Part shown: one piece after another, positions 29,366 to 32,000 of the stretch
Layout: the number at the start of each line of letters is the position of its first letter
Numbering within the stretch: position 1 is the stretch's first letter
Source of the DNA: Phycisphaera mikurensis NBRC 102666
GTDB lineage: Bacteria; Planctomycetota; Phycisphaerae; Phycisphaerales; Phycisphaeraceae
NCBI RefSeq assembly: GCF_000284115.1
Contig: NC_017080.1
Coordinates: forward strand, 1,980,001 to 2,012,000
Direction of reading: 5' to 3'
DNA length: 32,000 bases
Notes under the pieces: generated by a model
Seen by the model: the letters and a program-made list of their open reading frames with translations, nothing else
What the model was told of the DNA's origin: nothing
The model's database searches: none
Made by a program: the position numbers and the translations under genes

Positions 29366-30429
29366 GCGGCGATCCATCTCCCAGGCTGTCCGAAGCCGAC
29401 GCTCCCGGCGTCGCCGATGCCCTCCGCCGCCACGGCTGGCTCGCCGACAGCGAGGCCGTCGCTTCCGTTGCCCCCGCCGGCGAAGGCAACATGAACCTCA
29501 CGCTGCGGCTGCGCATCGCCGGTGGCGAGGGAGGCTCCCGCTCGGTCATCCTCAAGCAGTCCCGCGGGCACGTGGAGAAGTACCCCTCCATCCCGGCGCC
29601 CGCCGAGCGGATCGTCGCCGAGCATGGCTTCTACGCCGAGGTCGCCGCGCTCGATTCCGCGGACCGTGCGTCGGTTTCGTCTTTCCTGCCGACGGTCCGC
29701 GGATTCGCCGAGGCGGAGCGCCTGCTGCTGCTTGAGGACCTCGGCGAGGCGTCGGACCTCACCATTGTCTACGCCGGCGAGGGCTTCCGCGGCGGCGAGC
29801 TGGAGGCGCTCGGCGGCTGGCTCGGGCGGCTGCACGCGGCGACACGCGGGCGTGCCGAGCCGGGGCTCCGGGACAACGGCGCCATGCGCGAGCTCAACGC
29901 CGAGCACCTCTTCGAGGTCCCGCTCGACGGCGTCGCGCGCTTCGGCATGGACCTGGACGACCTCGCGGCCGGGCTCACCGCCGCGGCGGACCGCCTCCGG
30001 CGCGACGCGGGGGTGCGGTCCGCGTTTCATCGGGGGAAGGCGATCTACCTCGCCCCGACCGGCGGCGACGCGGTCTTGCTCCACGGCGATTTCTACCCCG
30101 GCTCGTGGCTGCGCACCGTCGCGGGGGTGAGGGTCATCGACCCGGAGTTCTGCTTCCACGGCGTGCCGGAGGTGGACGCCGGCATCGCGGTCGGCCACCT
30201 CGCGCTCGCCGGCCGCTCCGTCGCCGAGGCGGAAGCCTTCCTCGGCGCGTACGGCCACCCGCTGAACGCCGAGACGCTGCGCGACCTCGCCGGCGTCGAG
30301 GTCGTCCGCCGCCTGATCGGCGTCGCTCAGCTCCCGCTGGGCGGTTCGACGCCGCGGGTCGAGATGCTCGGGCGGGCGCAGGCCACGCTGGCCGCCTCCG
30401 CCGATTGGCGCGGCCTGTTCGCGAGGTGA
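29362..30429 (+). CDS. Phosphotransferase of the APH/choline-kinase superfamily, 5-methylthioribose kinase (MtnK)-like.
   Basis: GEGNMNLTLRL (compare MtnK GDGNLN), LLHGDFYPGSWL, VIDPEFCFHGVPEVDAGIAVGHL. The proposed GTG at 29362 overlaps the pilin stop as GTGA; ATG 29314 is an alternative start. Confidence 0.7.
   Translation: MSGDPSPRLSEADAPGVADALRRHGWLADSEAVASVAPAGEGNMNLTLRLRIAGGEGGSRSVILKQSRGHVEKYPSIPAPAERIVAEHGFYAEVAALDSADRASVSSFLPTVRGFAEAERLLLLEDLGEASDLTIVYAGEGFRGGELEALGGWLGRLHAATRGRAEPGLRDNGAMRELNAEHLFEVPLDGVARFGMDLDDLAAGLTAAADRLRRDAGVRSAFHRGKAIYLAPTGGDAVLLHGDFYPGSWLRTVAGVRVIDPEFCFHGVPEVDAGIAVGHLALAGRSVAEAEAFLGAYGHPLNAETLRDLAGVEVVRRLIGVAQLPLGGSTPRVEMLGRAQATLAASADWRGLFAR
29656..29703. 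repeat. REP-2-like 12-bp-arm inverted repeat inside the kinase CDS.
   Basis: TCCGCGGACCGT (29656-29667) pairs with ACGGTCCGCGGA (29692-29703) across a 24-nt spacer. Total length is 48 nt, or 16 codons (SADRASVSSFLPTVRG). Confidence 0.7.
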
Positions 30430-30459
30430 GAGGTTGCACGCGCGTACCTTCTTTCGCCC

Positions 30460-32000
30460 ATGATCCGCACCCTCCTCCTCGCGCTGCTCTTGGCTCTCGC
30501 GGCTCCGCGGGTCCACGCCGCGCCCGCCGACGTCTGGCTCGACGTCGACACCGCCAACGGCGTCTACGACCCCGACGACGGGATCATGATGATCCAGGTC
30601 TTCCACCGGCCCGACGTGTTCCGCGTCCGCGGCGTCAGCACGCTCTTCGGCAACGCCACGCTGGAGGAGGCCCAGCCCATCGCCGAGCACATCGTGCGGC
30701 GGTACGGCCCCGAGGTGGGGGTCCACCGCGGCGCCGCCTCCGCCGAGGACTTCGGCCGCGAGACCGACGCCACCCGCGCCATGGCCGCCGCCCTCCGCGA
30801 GAAGCCGATGCACGTGCTGGCCGTCGGCCCGGCGACCAACCTGGGCACGGTGCTCTCGCTGCACCCCGAGCTGGCCGACCGCGTGATCTCGGCGGTCATG
30901 GTCGCCGGCCGCCGGCCGGGGCAGCGGTTCCAGTTCTCCGACGACCAGCCCGCCCCCTTCCGCGACGCCAACTTCGAGAAGGACGTGCCCGCGATGCGGG
31001 CGGTGCTCGACAGCGGCGTGAACCTCGTGCTCGCCCCCTGGGAGGTCACCCGCACCACCTGGCTCGACCCCGAGGGCCTGGCCGTGCTCCGCGAGAGCGG
31101 CGGGGCGGGCGCCTGGATCGAGGCGACCACGCGGTACTGGCTGCTCGGCTGGGCGGCGAACCTGGGCACCGAAGGCTTCACCCCCTTCGACACCCTCGCC
31201 GCCGGCTGGTTCACCGACCCCGGGCTCTACGCCGGGGTGCCGGTGAGCGTCGCGATCGTGGAGGGCCCCGACGACGGTGCCCGGCCCGTCGAGCCCCGCG
31301 TCGCGGGCGACCCCAAGCCGTTCCTCGAGGCGCGCGAGGTGCCCGAGGAGGCAGCCAACGGCTTCTACCTCGCCACCGTCGCCGACGCCTTCACCGGCCG
31401 CCTGCTCGAGGACCTCGCCGGCCGCACCGGCGAGCCCGGCCCGCCCTCGGACACGATCTGGCACCCCTCCCCGGGCACCGGGGGCCTCGACCCGTCCGCG
31501 TGGGACGCCGTGGCCTCCCGCTTCGTCACCGCCTCGGGCCGCTTCGACTACGCCGGCCTCGCCGCCGACCCCGACGGCCTCGCGCAGCTCGACGCGTACA
31601 TTGCCGCCGTCGCGGACGCCGACGTGCCCCGCCTCACCCGCGATGCGCACCTCGCCACCGCCATCAACGCGTACAACGCCTGGACGGTGAGGCTGATCCT
31701 CGACCACTTCGCCGAGGGCCGGCCGCCCGCCTCGATCATGGAGATCCCCGAGGACGAGCGCTGGAAGGCTGTCCGCTGGCGCTTCGGGGGGCAGCCGCTC
31801 AGCCTGGACATGCTCGAGCACCTGCTGATCCGCCCGTGGTTCGCGGAGCCGCGGATCCACTTCGCGCTCGTCTGCGCCGCCGCGAGCTGCCCGCCGCTGC
31901 GGGCCGGGGCGTACACGGCGGAGGGGCTTGACGCCCAGCTGGAGGAGCAGATGCGGCGGACGCACGGGCAGGCACCTTGGGTCGGCTTCGAAGCGGGCGA
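30460..32000 (+). CDS. Exported fusion protein: inosine/uridine-preferring nucleoside hydrolase-like domain + DUF547; 3' end beyond the window.
   Basis: Frame 1 is open from ATG 30460 to base 32000 (hand-translated, no stops; absent from the ORF track because it has no stop). Signal peptide MIRTLLLALLLALAAPRVHA. IUNH-like DVDTANGVYDPDDG...VLAVGPATNL. DUF547-like LATAINAYNAWTV...EPRIHFALVCAAASCPPL. Confidence 0.75.
   Translation, partial: MIRTLLLALLLALAAPRVHAAPADVWLDVDTANGVYDPDDGIMMIQVFHRPDVFRVRGVSTLFGNATLEEAQPIAEHIVRRYGPEVGVHRGAASAEDFGRETDATRAMAAALREKPMHVLAVGPATNLGTVLSLHPELADRVISAVMVAGRRPGQRFQFSDDQPAPFRDANFEKDVPAMRAVLDSGVNLVLAPWEVTRTTWLDPEGLAVLRESGGAGAWIEATTRYWLLGWAANLGTEGFTPFDTLAAGWFTDPGLYAGVPVSVAIVEGPDDGARPVEPRVAGDPKPFLEAREVPEEAANGFYLATVADAFTGRLLEDLAGRTGEPGPPSDTIWHPSPGTGGLDPSAWDAVASRFVTASGRFDYAGLAADPDGLAQLDAYIAAVADADVPRLTRDAHLATAINAYNAWTVRLILDHFAEGRPPASIMEIPEDERWKAVRWRFGGQPLSLDMLEHLLIRPWFAEPRIHFALVCAAASCPPLRAGAYTAEGLDAQLEEQMRRTHGQAPWVGFEAG

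Noticed and set aside
29164-31965. The 933-aa minus-strand ORF and the 608-aa plus-strand ORF at 30105..31931.
   Set aside because: Both are Arg/Gly/Pro-rich with no recognisable motifs. They are antisense or out of frame to the well-supported kinase and nucleoside-hydrolase/DUF547 reading frames.

Overview
The window is high-GC DNA, roughly 70% by hand counts on single lines. A DUF1559-type prepilin-like protein and a PATR/PEP-CTERM surface protein suggest a Planctomycetota (Phycisphaerae-like) chromosome, but that is only a low-confidence guess. Many long ORFs in the track are spurious antisense or read-through ORFs typical of high-GC DNA, so I re-derived starts by hand.

Gene layout:
- Left housekeeping block (1-6257): a truncated membrane protein, an ABM monooxygenase, trpF, uvrD/pcrA, and divergently recN.
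- Variable, compositionally mosaic region (about 6.2-21.1 kb): a PATR/PEP-CTERM surface protein; two tandem truncated copies of an FN3-like gene; a low-GC (about 45-50%) OLD/PARIS-like ABC-ATPase-Toprim nuclease; directly upstream of it on the same strand, an MmeI-family type IIL restriction-modification enzyme; an 870-bp repeat-laden intergenic region; the intact FN3-like gene; a lower-GC DUF5677-like gene; a decayed vapBC locus; and a relic of a second MmeI-like gene.
- Right block (21.1-32 kb): a TylM1-like methyltransferase coupled to a Uma2 endonuclease, a secreted hypothetical protein, an epimerase, ribE, arsM-arsS (arsenosugar-type), a pseudopilin, an MtnK-like kinase, and an exported nucleoside-hydrolase-DUF547 fusion that runs off the window.

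Most notable:
1. The MmeI-like plus OLD/PARIS-like two-gene module, which sits in an island of gene turnover.
2. At least three REP-like hairpin families, two MITE-like or octamer-array element families, and a 6 x 21-bp array.
3. Five independent 3'-terminal gene remnants.
4. A possible extension of the arsenosugar cluster.

No rRNA, tRNA, CRISPR array, integrase or transposase gene was found.
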